This document shows, in pieces, positions 27,176 through 36,586 of a stretch of DNA of 54,566 nucleotides. A program made the position numbers and the translations under genes. The stretch is taken from positions 1 to 54,566 of the forward strand of contig JAKAMI010000003.1 of NCBI GenBank assembly GCA_021812945.1. Direction: 5' to 3'. Below the pieces are notes generated by a model. It was not told the DNA's origin and did no database searches. It worked only from the letters and a program-made list of their open reading frames with translations. Each line of letters starts with the position of its first letter. Position 1 is the first letter of the stretch. The stretch is from a bacterium. GTDB lineage: Bacteria > Patescibacteriota > UBA1384 > XYA2-FULL-43-10 > JAKAMI01.

Positions 27176-27958
27176 TCAACTTTTACGGTCAAACCGGGTA
27201 TCGCGGTGGACGATGAGGCGCAGAATCTCGGGGCTGCTTTCGATAAGCTGGGGAGTCGTGGCGACGTCTTCTTTGTTGATAATGAAATTAAGATTTTTAT
27301 GACTGAACACCCGAAGTCTCGGCGCCTTAAAACGGCTGGTGTTTAGGACGTCGTTGCTCTGAGCTGAGATCTCCAAGTATTTCAGCAGACGGGAAATAGG
27401 ACGCGCTTCGCGCTCGCTTTCCGAGATCAGCAGGATATCCAGCAGATTGTTTCGGTTATCCTTGGCAGTTGGGTTAATATTGCGAATTAGCAGCTTTTTA
27501 GCTCTGGCCTGAGCTATAAATCCGTCAAATTCCAGAGTGATGTTTACCGGATGTGTGATCTTGAGCTCGGTTGAGATTAGAAAATGCTGGCCGTTTTCAA
27601 AACGGCCAAGTCTAACCTCGTCGATTTTGCGGAAACGCAGATTCTTGGCGGCGCTGTGCCAATCACTACCATTGACCAGGTTGTTAATCTCCGTGGAAGC
27701 GTTGAGCGGGATCATCCCAAAGGCGGTTTTGGCGCCGACCAGTTCGGACGCTACCGTGTTGATCAAAGCGTCGTTGCCAATAGCAACCACCGTAGAAAAA
27801 TTCCTTTGAATGGCATCTCTCACCAGCTCTTTGGAAGTTCGGACTTGGCTCGGGAAAACGTATTCTCCGCTTATTCCAAGCTCGGCCAGATAATCTTTTA
27901 TCCGCTCGCTATGAGCCTTATTCTTACATTGTCGAATGTCAAAAATATAGTAGTACAC
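27176..27958 (-). CDS. Diacylglycerol-kinase-like (YegS/DAGK family) protein; probable GTG start 27958
   Basis: VVAIGNDALINTV (degenerate GGDGT), FGMIPL; the ORF-track N-terminal MIFDI comes from the heptamer array 27965-27999. Confidence 0.65.
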   Translation of the reverse strand: MYYYIFDIRQCKNKAHSERIKDYLAELGISGEYVFPSQVRTSKELVRDAIQRNFSTVVAIGNDALINTVASELVGAKTAFGMIPLNASTEINNLVNGSDWHSAAKNLRFRKIDEVRLGRFENGQHFLISTELKITHPVNITLEFDGFIAQARAKKLLIRNINPTAKDNRNNLLDILLISESEREARPISRLLKYLEISAQSNDVLNTSRFKAPRLRVFSHKNLNFIINKEDVATTPQLIESSPEILRLIVHRDTRFDRKS

Positions 27959-28023
27959 GATAGAAATATCAAAAATCAAATATCAAATATCAAAAATTCT
28001 AGGCAAAATCAGTTGATTCGATA

Positions 28024-28386
28024 TTATTTTTTCTCTACCGGTTCTTCTTCGACAACCTGTCCGGCACCTTCGGTCATCTGGCTTTTACCGTTGAAAATAG
28101 CACCCTGCTTAATAATCAGAATCTTGGTGATGATATCACCGGTGACCTGGGCCTTTGGATTGAGGTCGACCTTTTCGCTGGCATTTATCACGCCTTTTAC
28201 CAGACCCGAGATCTCCACGGTCTTGGCTTGGATCGGACCGGAGACGACGGCAGTTTCTCCGATAGTAACCAGTTGCTCGCTTTTAATCTCGCCCTCAACC
28301 GTTCCGTTGATCTGAATCGAGCCCGGGTTCTTGACGCTGCCTTTGATTTTGACATTGGCGCCGATGATGGTATCAACGTTCTCCAT
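28024..28386 (-). CDS. Bactofilin (polymer-forming cytoskeletal protein)
   Basis: TIIGANVKIKGSV..INGTVEGEI..VTGDI..IKQGAIFNGKSQM. Confidence 0.92.
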   Translation of the reverse strand: MENVDTIIGANVKIKGSVKNPGSIQINGTVEGEIKSEQLVTIGETAVVSGPIQAKTVEISGLVKGVINASEKVDLNPKAQVTGDIITKILIIKQGAIFNGKSQMTEGAGQVVEEEPVEKK

Positions 28387-28700
28387 ACTCCGTCCTTTCC
28401 TTTTTTAAGAGATTTATTATTTATTGCTTCTTTAAGGATAACAAATAATATTGGCGAGTAAAAGACGCCAGAGCACTAACGCGCTCTTTCCCTCACGAAA
28501 GTACAAAATGATACAAAAGTACAAAAAATATCCCAGCCAACGCACCGACTGACTCTTGCGGAGGCTTGACGAATCTGGTATACTTTGTCCGCTTGTTACA
28601 GATTTTTTAATATGAGGTAGCGACCGCCACAGATTAGTCCCAGGGTCAATGGATAATCAGTGGAATTGATCAATGAATGTCGCGGTTTCAATCAAAGAGA

Positions 28701-31556
28701 ATGGAATCAATAAAAATAGTCGGTGCCAGAGAGCACAATCTAAAAAATATCAGTCTCGATATTCCCCGAGACAAGCTGGTGGTAATCACCGGACTTTCAG
28801 GTTCCGGCAAGTCGTCGCTGGTTTTTGATACTATTTTCGCCGAAGGCCAGCGGCGCTATATCGAATCTCTGTCTTCTTACGCCAGACAGTTTTTGGGCAT
28901 GATGGAAAAACCGGATGTCGACTACATCGAAGGTTTATCTCCGGCTATCTCCATAGACCAGAAATCGGCTAGCCGAAACCCGCGTTCAACAGTCGGAACG
29001 GTAACCGAGATTTACGATTATCTCCGGCTTCTCTTTGCCCGAGTCGGCCATCCCCACTGTCCGATCTGCGGGGACGAGATAAAAAAGCAGTCTCCGAACC
29101 AGATTGTCGAGATTATCGAGAATTCCTGCGACAAAGCCTGCCGCATGATGATTCTTTCGCCGATCGTCAGTGATAAAAAAGGCGAGCACAAAGACGTTTT
29201 TTTAAGAATCCGCAAAGCCGGATTTGTCCGGGTCAGAGTCGACAAGGCCGTCATGGATTTAGATGAGGCCGAAGAAAAAGAACTCGATAAAAACCTCAAG
29301 CATTACATCGAGATAGTCGTAGATCGACTGATTATCGAACCCAAGAACCTTAAAGACAAAGCATCTTCGGAGAAAGAGGCCGATCATAAACGCCTGTTTG
29401 ATTCGGTGGAAAAAGCCTTGGAATACGGCCAAGGCCGGCTTATCTTGGCGGATGTTGACAGCGGCAATGAAAAATTCTACTCTGAAAATTTCGCTTGCGC
29501 CAAAGATGATTTTTCGTTGGCCGAGCTTTCTCCGCGCGTTTTTTCTTTTAATTCGCCGCACGGCGCCTGTCCCGTGTGCCAAGGTTTGGGTAGCAGACTG
29601 GAGATCGACCCGAAAATGGTTTTGCCAAATAAAAATCTGACCTTAGCTGAAGGTGCCATCAGGCCGTGGAGCCGTAGCGCCAGTTCCGGTTACTGGTACT
29701 TGGCCATTTTAGAGAAAGTCGGCTTGAACTCCGGTTTTGATTTGAGTACTCCGATCAGGGATATTTCAGAAGGAAATATCGACTTGATACTGTATGGCAC
29801 GGGAGAAAAACTTTATTCTATAAACGGAATATTGAAAAAGTATGAAGGTGTAATACCTAACCTTTATCGCCGTTATAAAGAGTCGGAATCCGAATACATC
29901 AGGCATGAAATTGAGCGATACATGGTCAACAAAACCTGTCCGAGTTGCCGCGGCGGGAAACTCAAAGCAGAAGTCCTGGGAGTAACTGTCGGCAAATCCA
30001 ATATCGTCGAAGTCTCAAAACTCACGGTTGATAAATCCATAGCTTGGTTTGAGAAGATAGAAACGCAAATGACAGTTTCGGAAAAAGAAATTTCCAAGCA
30101 AATCGTCAAAGAAATAATTTTAAGATTAAAATTTTTAAGCAATGTTGGTCTGCCTTATCTTACCATTGACCGCAACGCCTCGACTTTGGCCGGCGGCGAA
30201 GCGCAAAGAATCCGGCTGGCGACTCAGATCGGCTCGGGGCTTATGGGCGTCTTATACATTTTGGACGAACCGTCCATAGGTCTCCACCAAAGAGATAACG
30301 CCAGACTCTTGGGGACACTAAAACGTCTCCGAGACCTCGGTAACACCGTTTTGGTGGTGGAGCACGACGAAGAAACCATGAGACTGGCGGATTGGCTTAT
30401 AGATATCGGTCCGGGCGCCGGGGAGCATGGCGGCAGAGTTGTAGCCGCAGGTTTGCCTCAAGACATTGAAAATGATCCCGAGTCCATCACCGGCCAGTAT
30501 CTTTCAGGTAAAAAAGAGATCGCTATTCCCAAAGTCCGGCATTTCGGCAGCGGTCAATTTTTAAAAATAATCGGCGCCAAAGAAAATAATTTGAAAAATA
30601 TCGAGGCTCAGATCCCATTAAATACCTTGACCTGTATCAGCGGGGTATCGGGATCGGGGAAATCGACTCTGATTAACGACATTCTAGCCAAAGTCCTCTC
30701 TAATAAGTTTCATCACACCAGATTCGTTCCCGGCGAACATGAAGAGATTTTGGGAATGGAACATCTGGACAAAGTTATCGACATTGATCAATCTCCGATC
30801 GGACGCACCCCCAGAAGCAATCCAGCTACATATACCGGCTCTTTTACCCACATCCGCGATCTGTTTTCACAGACTCGTGACGCCAAACTGCGCGGCTTCA
30901 GGGCGGGACGGTTCTCCTTTAACGTCAAAGGCGGCAGATGCGAAACCTGCCACGGCGACGGGGTCATCAAGATCGAAATGCACTTTCTGCCGGACGTTTA
31001 CATTACCTGCGAAGATTGCCGTGGCAAAAGGTACAACCAGGAAGTTCTGGAAATATTATACAAAGATAAAAACATCGCCGATGTCTTGAATATGACGGTG
31101 GAAGAGGCTTCTAAGTTTTTTGAGCACATTCCGTCTATCTACTCAAAACTAAAAGTACTATTTGACGTCGGCTTAGGTTACATCAAGCTTGGCCAGTCGG
31201 CAACCACTCTCTCCGGAGGTGAAGCTCAGAGAATCAAGCTGGCGACTGAGTTGGCGCGCAAATCTACCGGTCAAACTCTCTATATTTTGGATGAGCCGAC
31301 TACCGGTCTGCATTTTGAAGACATCAAAAGACTTCTGCAGGTTCTCTTCGCTCTGGTTGAAAAGGGCAATACCGTGGTGGTTATAGAACACAATCTCGAT
31401 GTCATTAAATCGGCTGATTACATCATAGATCTGGGTCCGGAGGGAGGAGACGGAGGCGGCGAAGTCATAGCCATCGGTTCTCCGGAGGAGATCGCCAAGA
31501 ACGCCAAATCGTACACCGGCCAGTATCTGAAAAAGATCCTCAGCCGTATGAAATAG
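28701..31556 (+). CDS. uvrA: Excinuclease ABC subunit A; probable start ATG 28701
   Basis: [16 protein letters not shown], two LSGGEAQRI signatures, Zn fingers. Confidence 0.97.
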   Translation: MESIKIVGAREHNLKNISLDIPRDKLVVITGLSGSGKSSLVFDTIFAEGQRRYIESLSSYARQFLGMMEKPDVDYIEGLSPAISIDQKSASRNPRSTVGTVTEIYDYLRLLFARVGHPHCPICGDEIKKQSPNQIVEIIENSCDKACRMMILSPIVSDKKGEHKDVFLRIRKAGFVRVRVDKAVMDLDEAEEKELDKNLKHYIEIVVDRLIIEPKNLKDKASSEKEADHKRLFDSVEKALEYGQGRLILADVDSGNEKFYSENFACAKDDFSLAELSPRVFSFNSPHGACPVCQGLGSRLEIDPKMVLPNKNLTLAEGAIRPWSRSASSGYWYLAILEKVGLNSGFDLSTPIRDISEGNIDLILYGTGEKLYSINGILKKYEGVIPNLYRRYKESESEYIRHEIERYMVNKTCPSCRGGKLKAEVLGVTVGKSNIVEVSKLTVDKSIAWFEKIETQMTVSEKEISKQIVKEIILRLKFLSNVGLPYLTIDRNASTLAGGEAQRIRLATQIGSGLMGVLYILDEPSIGLHQRDNARLLGTLKRLRDLGNTVLVVEHDEETMRLADWLIDIGPGAGEHGGRVVAAGLPQDIENDPESITGQYLSGKKEIAIPKVRHFGSGQFLKIIGAKENNLKNIEAQIPLNTLTCISGVSGSGKSTLINDILAKVLSNKFHHTRFVPGEHEEILGMEHLDKVIDIDQSPIGRTPRSNPATYTGSFTHIRDLFSQTRDAKLRGFRAGRFSFNVKGGRCETCHGDGVIKIEMHFLPDVYITCEDCRGKRYNQEVLEILYKDKNIADVLNMTVEEASKFFEHIPSIYSKLKVLFDVGLGYIKLGQSATTLSGGEAQRIKLATELARKSTGQTLYILDEPTTGLHFEDIKRLLQVLFALVEKGNTVVVIEHNLDVIKSADYIIDLGPEGGDGGGEVIAIGSPEEIAKNAKSYTGQYLKKILSRMK

Positions 31557-31655
31557 CATTGTTAACGCTTCAGATCTTAACTATAGACCGATTAATAGAT
31601 CAGTACTATCTTTTTTGTACTTTTGTAAAATTTGTAGATTTGCGAAGGGAAGTTG

Positions 31656-32204
31656 TTATTCCTCGAACGATTCGACTTTATAACTCATCACCTTCGGAAG
31701 CTCTTTCTCGAAAATATTTTCCGGTAAGCTTGCTTTTCTGAGCAGACTTTCTAAAAATAGCGCCTTATCCTTTATCTCCTGCCAAACTTGAGGCAGGTAG
31801 GTTGCACTCTTATTGTTGAATTCGATAGTCAATCCTTCTTCTTTATTGATCTTGGCGATCAAATCTTGTTCATCGCTGTATTCGATTTCGGACGTTGGAC
31901 TAAGAACAGAGATCTCTATCCGAATATTTTCGAATTCATTCTCGATGACCGGCGGAAAACGAAAATCGGAAAAAGCCGCGGCGCGGGCGTTATGCTTGAC
32001 ATTTTCGACAATATTTTCAAACGGCTCAAGACAGCCGATACATCCGCGCAGTTCGTTGTTTTTGGTTAGCGTCACAAAAGTCGCCGCTTTAAAATCCAAC
32101 CCCTCAGGTTGATTACCGGACGATTTATTTCGATCGGATAACTCCGACTCGATAGAGCCTCGTGCCAGTTTGAGCAAATACCTTTTTTGGGTCCCATTTA
32201 GCAT
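31656..32204 (-). CDS. amrA: AmmeMemoRadiSam protein A (AMMECR1 domain)
   Basis: ATFVTL..LRGCIG, DFRFPP, IEISVLS, ATYLPQVW. Confidence 0.92.
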   Translation of the reverse strand: MLNGTQKRYLLKLARGSIESELSDRNKSSGNQPEGLDFKAATFVTLTKNNELRGCIGCLEPFENIVENVKHNARAAAFSDFRFPPVIENEFENIRIEISVLSPTSEIEYSDEQDLIAKINKEEGLTIEFNNKSATYLPQVWQEIKDKALFLESLLRKASLPENIFEKELPKVMSYKVESFEE

Positions 32205-32207
32205 AGA

Positions 32208-33101
32208 TTAAATATTTCCCAAATAAATATACTTTAAGCCGGCTTTTTTACCGATCTCTTCGGTTTTTTTGAGGGAGGACAAGGCGGTAGGCAGACGATC
32301 CAGCATTTGATAACTCGGGAAGAATCGGGAAAGGTGCCAGGGTATTTTTGGACTCAGAGACTTGATAAAATCCGCCATCTGCTTCAACTCCGTTTCCGAA
32401 TCATTCAATCCGGGGATCAAAAGAGTGGTCAACTCCAGATGAACCCCGGCCTCAAAAAGCGATTCAATATTGTTTAGAACCGGTTTCAACCGGCCGCCAC
32501 AGATTTTAAGATAGAACCGATCGGAAAATGATTTTAGATCAAGGTTGACGGCATCGAGATACGGGAGAATGAGTCTTAGGGTTTCTTTGGACATAAATCC
32601 ATTGCTAACCCAGACGTTTTTTAGATGGGCTTTTCGGGCCAATTTCATTGTTCTGAGCGCAAATTCACAAAAAACAGTCGGTTCGTTGTAAGTATAGGCA
32701 ATGCTTGGGAGTTTATTTTTAAGGGTCAGATCGACAATCTCCTCTGAAGTGATTTTTTGGCCATAATCAATTATTTTATCTTGATCATTTTGCTTTTCAG
32801 CATCTTTGACACTTTGAGAAATATCAAAATTTTGACAAAAACTGCAACGGAAGTTGCAACCGTAAGTGCCGAACGACATGATTTTTGTCCCCGGAAGAAA
32901 ATGATAAAGCGGCTTTTTTTCTATGGGGTCGATATTTAGTGAAGCAACTTTGTTGTCAACCAGTAGTCTTAATTCTCCCATCCTATTTTGGCGTACCCCG
33001 CAAATGCCGGTTTTGCCTTGGCTTATTCGGCAATAGTGATTGCAAGCCAGGCATCTGATGGATTCGCCATTTAATTTTTGGAAGAGATCATCTTTAGACA
33101 T
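32208..33101 (-). CDS. amrS: AmmeMemoRadiSam radical SAM enzyme
   Basis: CLACNHYC, IDPIEKKPLYHF, GCNFRCSFCQN, YTYNEP, YIYLGN. Confidence 0.93.
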   Translation of the reverse strand: MSKDDLFQKLNGESIRCLACNHYCRISQGKTGICGVRQNRMGELRLLVDNKVASLNIDPIEKKPLYHFLPGTKIMSFGTYGCNFRCSFCQNFDISQSVKDAEKQNDQDKIIDYGQKITSEEIVDLTLKNKLPSIAYTYNEPTVFCEFALRTMKLARKAHLKNVWVSNGFMSKETLRLILPYLDAVNLDLKSFSDRFYLKICGGRLKPVLNNIESLFEAGVHLELTTLLIPGLNDSETELKQMADFIKSLSPKIPWHLSRFFPSYQMLDRLPTALSSLKKTEEIGKKAGLKYIYLGNI

Positions 33102-33270
33102 TTGTCGGTCGAATTATTAGAAAACAGACCGTAAACACTCCCGCAAAAATCTCAGCCGAGATGAGACCGATAGTTTTTAAATCAGAGATAATCGTGCCCA
33201 CCAAGAAGAAGGCGATCGAGGCTATGACCAAACTTATAACCGCACAAATTGCTACCAATCGTCCCAACAT
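33094..33270 (-). CDS. Small two-TM membrane protein (58 aa), overlapping the amrS start
   Basis: Hand translation MLGRLVAICAVISLVIASIAFFLVGTIISDLKTIGLISAEIFAGVFTVCFLIIRPTNV; ATGTCTAA overlap. Confidence 0.6.
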   Translation of the reverse strand: MLGRLVAICAVISLVIASIAFFLVGTIISDLKTIGLISAEIFAGVFTVCFLIIRPTNV

Positions 33271-33298
33271 AATTTAATTCTATCACTCAACCAATATA

Positions 33299-33335
33299 TT
33301 TTCTACTGTCCACCCGGCGGGTGGACAGTAGAAAA
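33299..33335. repeat. REP palindrome left of RAYT
   Basis: Perfect 17-bp stem TTTTCTACTGTCCACCC-GGC-GGGTGGACAGTAGAAAA. Confidence 0.92.
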
Positions 33336-33356
33336 TCATTCATGTAAAATACAACT

Positions 33357-34028
33357 ATGGTGACGGCAAGAAAGCTAGTCTTTAAGGATGGGTATTATTA
33401 CCACGTTTTCAATCGCGGAGTTGATAAGCGTGATATTTGCACCTGCAATGCCGATTACAATCGAGTGATAGAGACCTTCATGTTGTACAAATATAAAGAT
33501 CCCGAGGTAAAGTATTCTCGGTTCAAGGATTATTCTGATATTAAAAAGAATGAAGTGTTTGATAAACTCAAGCAAAGGGGAGATGTTTTAGTAGATATAA
33601 TCGGATTTTGTTTGATGCCTACTCATTTTCATTTTCTCTTGAGACAGACACAATCCGGTGGCATATCCGAGTTCCTTTCAAATATTACAAATAGTTACAC
33701 CAAATATTTTAATACAAAATACAAGCGTTCGGGTTATTTATTCCAGGGAAGTTTTAAGGCAGTGTTGATCGAGGATGACCAACAATTGATGCACATATCT
33801 CGATATATCCATCTTAATCCAGTTGCGTCCAAGATCTCAACTATCGAAGATCTTTCAAAATATCCATGGTCGTCGTATTGGGAGTATGTCGGTAAGAATC
33901 GGAGCGTTTGCAATCCAGAACCAATTCTTGAACTGTTCGGTTCAGAGAAGCGGTATGTCGAATTTGTTGCTAATTATGCCGATACGGCAATACGCTTACA
34001 CGATCACAAAGATCTAGATTTGGACTGA
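33357..34028 (+). mobile_element. REP-associated tyrosine transposase (RAYT, Y1 HUH)
   Basis: YYHVFNRG, FCLMPTHFH (HUH), YIHLNPV (catalytic Tyr), YPWSSY; REP hairpins on both sides. Confidence 0.92.
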
Positions 34029-34029
34029 T

Positions 34030-34066
34030 AATTCTACTGTCCACCCGCCGGGTGGACAGTAGAATT
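34030..34066. repeat. REP palindrome right of RAYT, inverted relative to the left copy
   Basis: Perfect 17-bp stem AATTCTACTGTCCACCC-GCC-GGGTGGACAGTAGAATT. Confidence 0.92.
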
Positions 34067-34084
34067 CCGGCCTAGGGAGGGAAG

Positions 34085-34113
34085 TTGACACAAATCGGCC
34101 GGCTTGGTATAAA
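34085..34113 (+). promoter_or_regulatory. Near-consensus sigma70 promoter for the riboswitch operon
   Basis: TTGACA-17-TATAAA with TGn. Confidence 0.8.
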
Positions 34114-34139
34114 GGAGAAGATTTATTAACAATTATTTG

Positions 34140-34320
34140 TTGTGCGAAACGTCTCTTTGGAGAGACGGGGAAGTGCGGTGAGATTCCGTCACAGTCAGGC
34201 TACTGTAATATTTTTCACAAGTGGAAAATATTACCCTGAGCGATCCTGAGCTTGTCAAAGGAGAGTTGAAGGGTAATGTAATTACATAGTGAAGAATGAG
34301 TCAGAAAACCAGCACAGTCC
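34140..34320 (+). promoter_or_regulatory. Cobalamin (B12) riboswitch
   Basis: GGGAA-GTGC-GGTGAGATTCCG..ACTGT core and B12 box GAGTCAGAAAACCAGCAC closing the GTGC/GCAC helix. Confidence 0.85.
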
Positions 34321-34365
34321 GCGATGCCCGAGAGGGCGGAGTCGGATAATCCCCATGGAGGAAAC

Positions 34366-35745
34366 ATGTTTAGGTGTTTGGTTTCAGGTTCCAGAGCTAT
34401 CGTTACAGCTCTTTTTTTGATGATCGGACTGGTTTACGGCATCCAGGCGACTCAGGCCAAGATGACTGATCCGGAAATTTCAGCCTCGCTTGCTTATTTG
34501 AAATCTTATCAGAACCAGAGCGACGGGGGGTTAAAAGAGAAAGGGCAAGCGGAGTCGCAGCTAATGCAGTCGTCTTGGGCCGCCGTGGGCATCTCGGCCT
34601 CGGGGTATGATCCCGCTTCTTTCAAAACAGACGATCAAAGCCAAGACCTATTAAATTACATCAAGGTCAACTCATGCGCTCTAACCTCGATAACCGATAT
34701 CGAAAGGTCTATCTTGGCCGTGAAATCAGCCAATCAAGATCCCAAAATCTTCTTCGGCTGCGATTTGCTGGACAAGGTTACCACCGACGGGACGACGGGG
34801 AAAATAGGGCCGGATTTAATGAGCACTATCTTTGGTAGCTATGTTTACAAGGCGACCAAGCAGCCGATCAGCAACGCAACCGTCGAATATTTAAAAAGCC
34901 AACAAAAATCCGATGGCGGATTTGATCCTTCCGGTTGGGGGACAGATAGTAATACGTCATCACAAGTTGTCATATCATTGCTCGATGCCGGGCTGGACAA
35001 GGCCGATCCGGTCATACTCAAGACTGTTTCTTACCTGAAAAATTTGCAAACTGAAAACGGCGGTATCAAATATGATACCAATACCTGGACGGTAAACACC
35101 GACTCATTTTCCGATTCTTTTGTTTTGCAAATGATTTCTGCGCTTGGCCAGGATCCAAAGTCGGTCGAGTGGCAAGCGGACAGTGGTAAATCAATTCTGG
35201 ACGATCTGGATTCTCTACGCAAGCCGGATGGTTCGTATCTATACTCGGTCGATTCCTGGGGTGACGGCACGCCGGTCTGGACCACCTCGATAGTCTTATC
35301 CGGTTTGAGCGGACTGTGGTATCCGGTAACAGACCAGACGCTCGCAACTTTTCAGCCGCAAAGCAGCACGTCCGTTAGTGGCAGTTCCGTCCAAACAGTT
35401 CAACCGGTCACTCCAAAACCCAATCCGCAGCCTGTGGCTACAACCACGATCGAACCATCTCCGCCGCAAATCCAGCCGGCGATAATTCCGAAAGTATCAG
35501 CGGCTAAAAAGATTGTCGTCGTAAACAACATTTCGCCCAAGGGGGCGGCGGTAGCTCCAACCCAACCCCCAACTGTTACGGTTAACCAGACCCCGGATTC
35601 AATTCCCCAACCTCAAGTACTGGGTCAAAGCGACCAGCGGCCGGTCGGCATCAACTACCTGTGGCTGGCGATTCTTGGAACGATTGCATTTATCATCGGC
35701 GTGGTATTGTCGCTGGTTCTTCGAAGGCCTAAAAAATTGCCATAA
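34366..35745 (+). CDS. Secreted, C-terminally anchored prenyltransferase/squalene-oxidase-repeat alpha/alpha-barrel protein (transcobalamin alpha-domain-like); start ATG 34366
   Basis: GGAGG 34357-34361; QxxDGG repeats (YLKSYQNQSDGG, YLKSQQKSDGGF, LQTENGGI); Pro/Thr stalk; C-terminal TM and basic tail. Confidence 0.75.
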   Translation: MFRCLVSGSRAIVTALFLMIGLVYGIQATQAKMTDPEISASLAYLKSYQNQSDGGLKEKGQAESQLMQSSWAAVGISASGYDPASFKTDDQSQDLLNYIKVNSCALTSITDIERSILAVKSANQDPKIFFGCDLLDKVTTDGTTGKIGPDLMSTIFGSYVYKATKQPISNATVEYLKSQQKSDGGFDPSGWGTDSNTSSQVVISLLDAGLDKADPVILKTVSYLKNLQTENGGIKYDTNTWTVNTDSFSDSFVLQMISALGQDPKSVEWQADSGKSILDDLDSLRKPDGSYLYSVDSWGDGTPVWTTSIVLSGLSGLWYPVTDQTLATFQPQSSTSVSGSSVQTVQPVTPKPNPQPVATTTIEPSPPQIQPAIIPKVSAAKKIVVVNNISPKGAAVAPTQPPTVTVNQTPDSIPQPQVLGQSDQRPVGINYLWLAILGTIAFIIGVVLSLVLRRPKKLP

Positions 35746-35774
35746 TTATTTTTGATAAAAATCAATACGGAACT

Positions 35775-36527
35775 ATGAAAACCTTTCTGCTGATTTTACT
35801 TATCGTGCTTCTCCCCGGCAGTTGCTTGGCGAACCGAGCGGCCGTCGCCATACTTCACAGCACCGGAAATATCGCCTCCAAATGCGTGCCGTTTGACGAG
35901 GATAAAATGACCGGCCTGGAACTTCTGACCAGAGCCGGCCTAAACCCTGTCGCCGACCGAGGATTTATAACTGAAATAGACGGCGAAAAAGCCCAGGACA
36001 GCACGGCAATCAGCAGTTCAAATGATTACTGGTTTTATTACATCAATCCGTCAGGCGGGAACTGGGAATTTTCTCAGTCCGGAGCAGCCAATTCGACGGT
36101 TGTAAACGGACAAACCGACGGTTGGCAAATAGGCGGCAAGGCGATCTATGACGGCTTGAAAAATTTGCATTTTTCCGACATTTGCAAAGCTATAAGTAAC
36201 CCGACGGGTCCAACCCCAGCGATCGTTCCGGTTGTCCAAAACCAAGCCGCTAAACCGGCTGAAAATTCAAAAACGCAAAGTTCTAACCAAAACACGCCGG
36301 CCGCCGTATCAAAATCTTCAACCGATCCGGCTTCCGAAGCTGCAGGCGCCCAAAAAATTTCTCCGACTCAAACTCAACCCAAGGTCTTGGGCGCTGAGCA
36401 AGACAATAAATTTAACAAGTACACGACTATATTTTACATTCTCGCCGCATCTATTGCTCTAGCTCTGGGCTTGATTGTTCCCGTTGTACTAAGAAGAATA
36501 TTGGGTAAGTTGAAGCGATTTCGCTAG
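35775..36527 (+). CDS. Secreted, C-terminally anchored DUF4430-like (transcobalamin beta-domain-like) protein
   Basis: GFITEIDG..YWFYYIN..FSQSGAANSTVVNG..DGW; stalk, TM, basic tail. Confidence 0.75.
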   Translation: MKTFLLILLIVLLPGSCLANRAAVAILHSTGNIASKCVPFDEDKMTGLELLTRAGLNPVADRGFITEIDGEKAQDSTAISSSNDYWFYYINPSGGNWEFSQSGAANSTVVNGQTDGWQIGGKAIYDGLKNLHFSDICKAISNPTGPTPAIVPVVQNQAAKPAENSKTQSSNQNTPAAVSKSSTDPASEAAGAQKISPTQTQPKVLGAEQDNKFNKYTTIFYILAASIALALGLIVPVVLRRILGKLKRFR

Positions 36528-36586
36528 ATTCTTCGCAGAGGCTCAGAATGACCTGGCGGAGGTTTTCAGATTGAGGTGAGAGGTAG

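Noticed and set aside
31612-31640. Similarity of TTTGTACTTTTGTA to the Cas12a handle TTTCTACTTTTGTA
   Set aside because: Low-complexity match inside the TACAAA repeat family; no array structure
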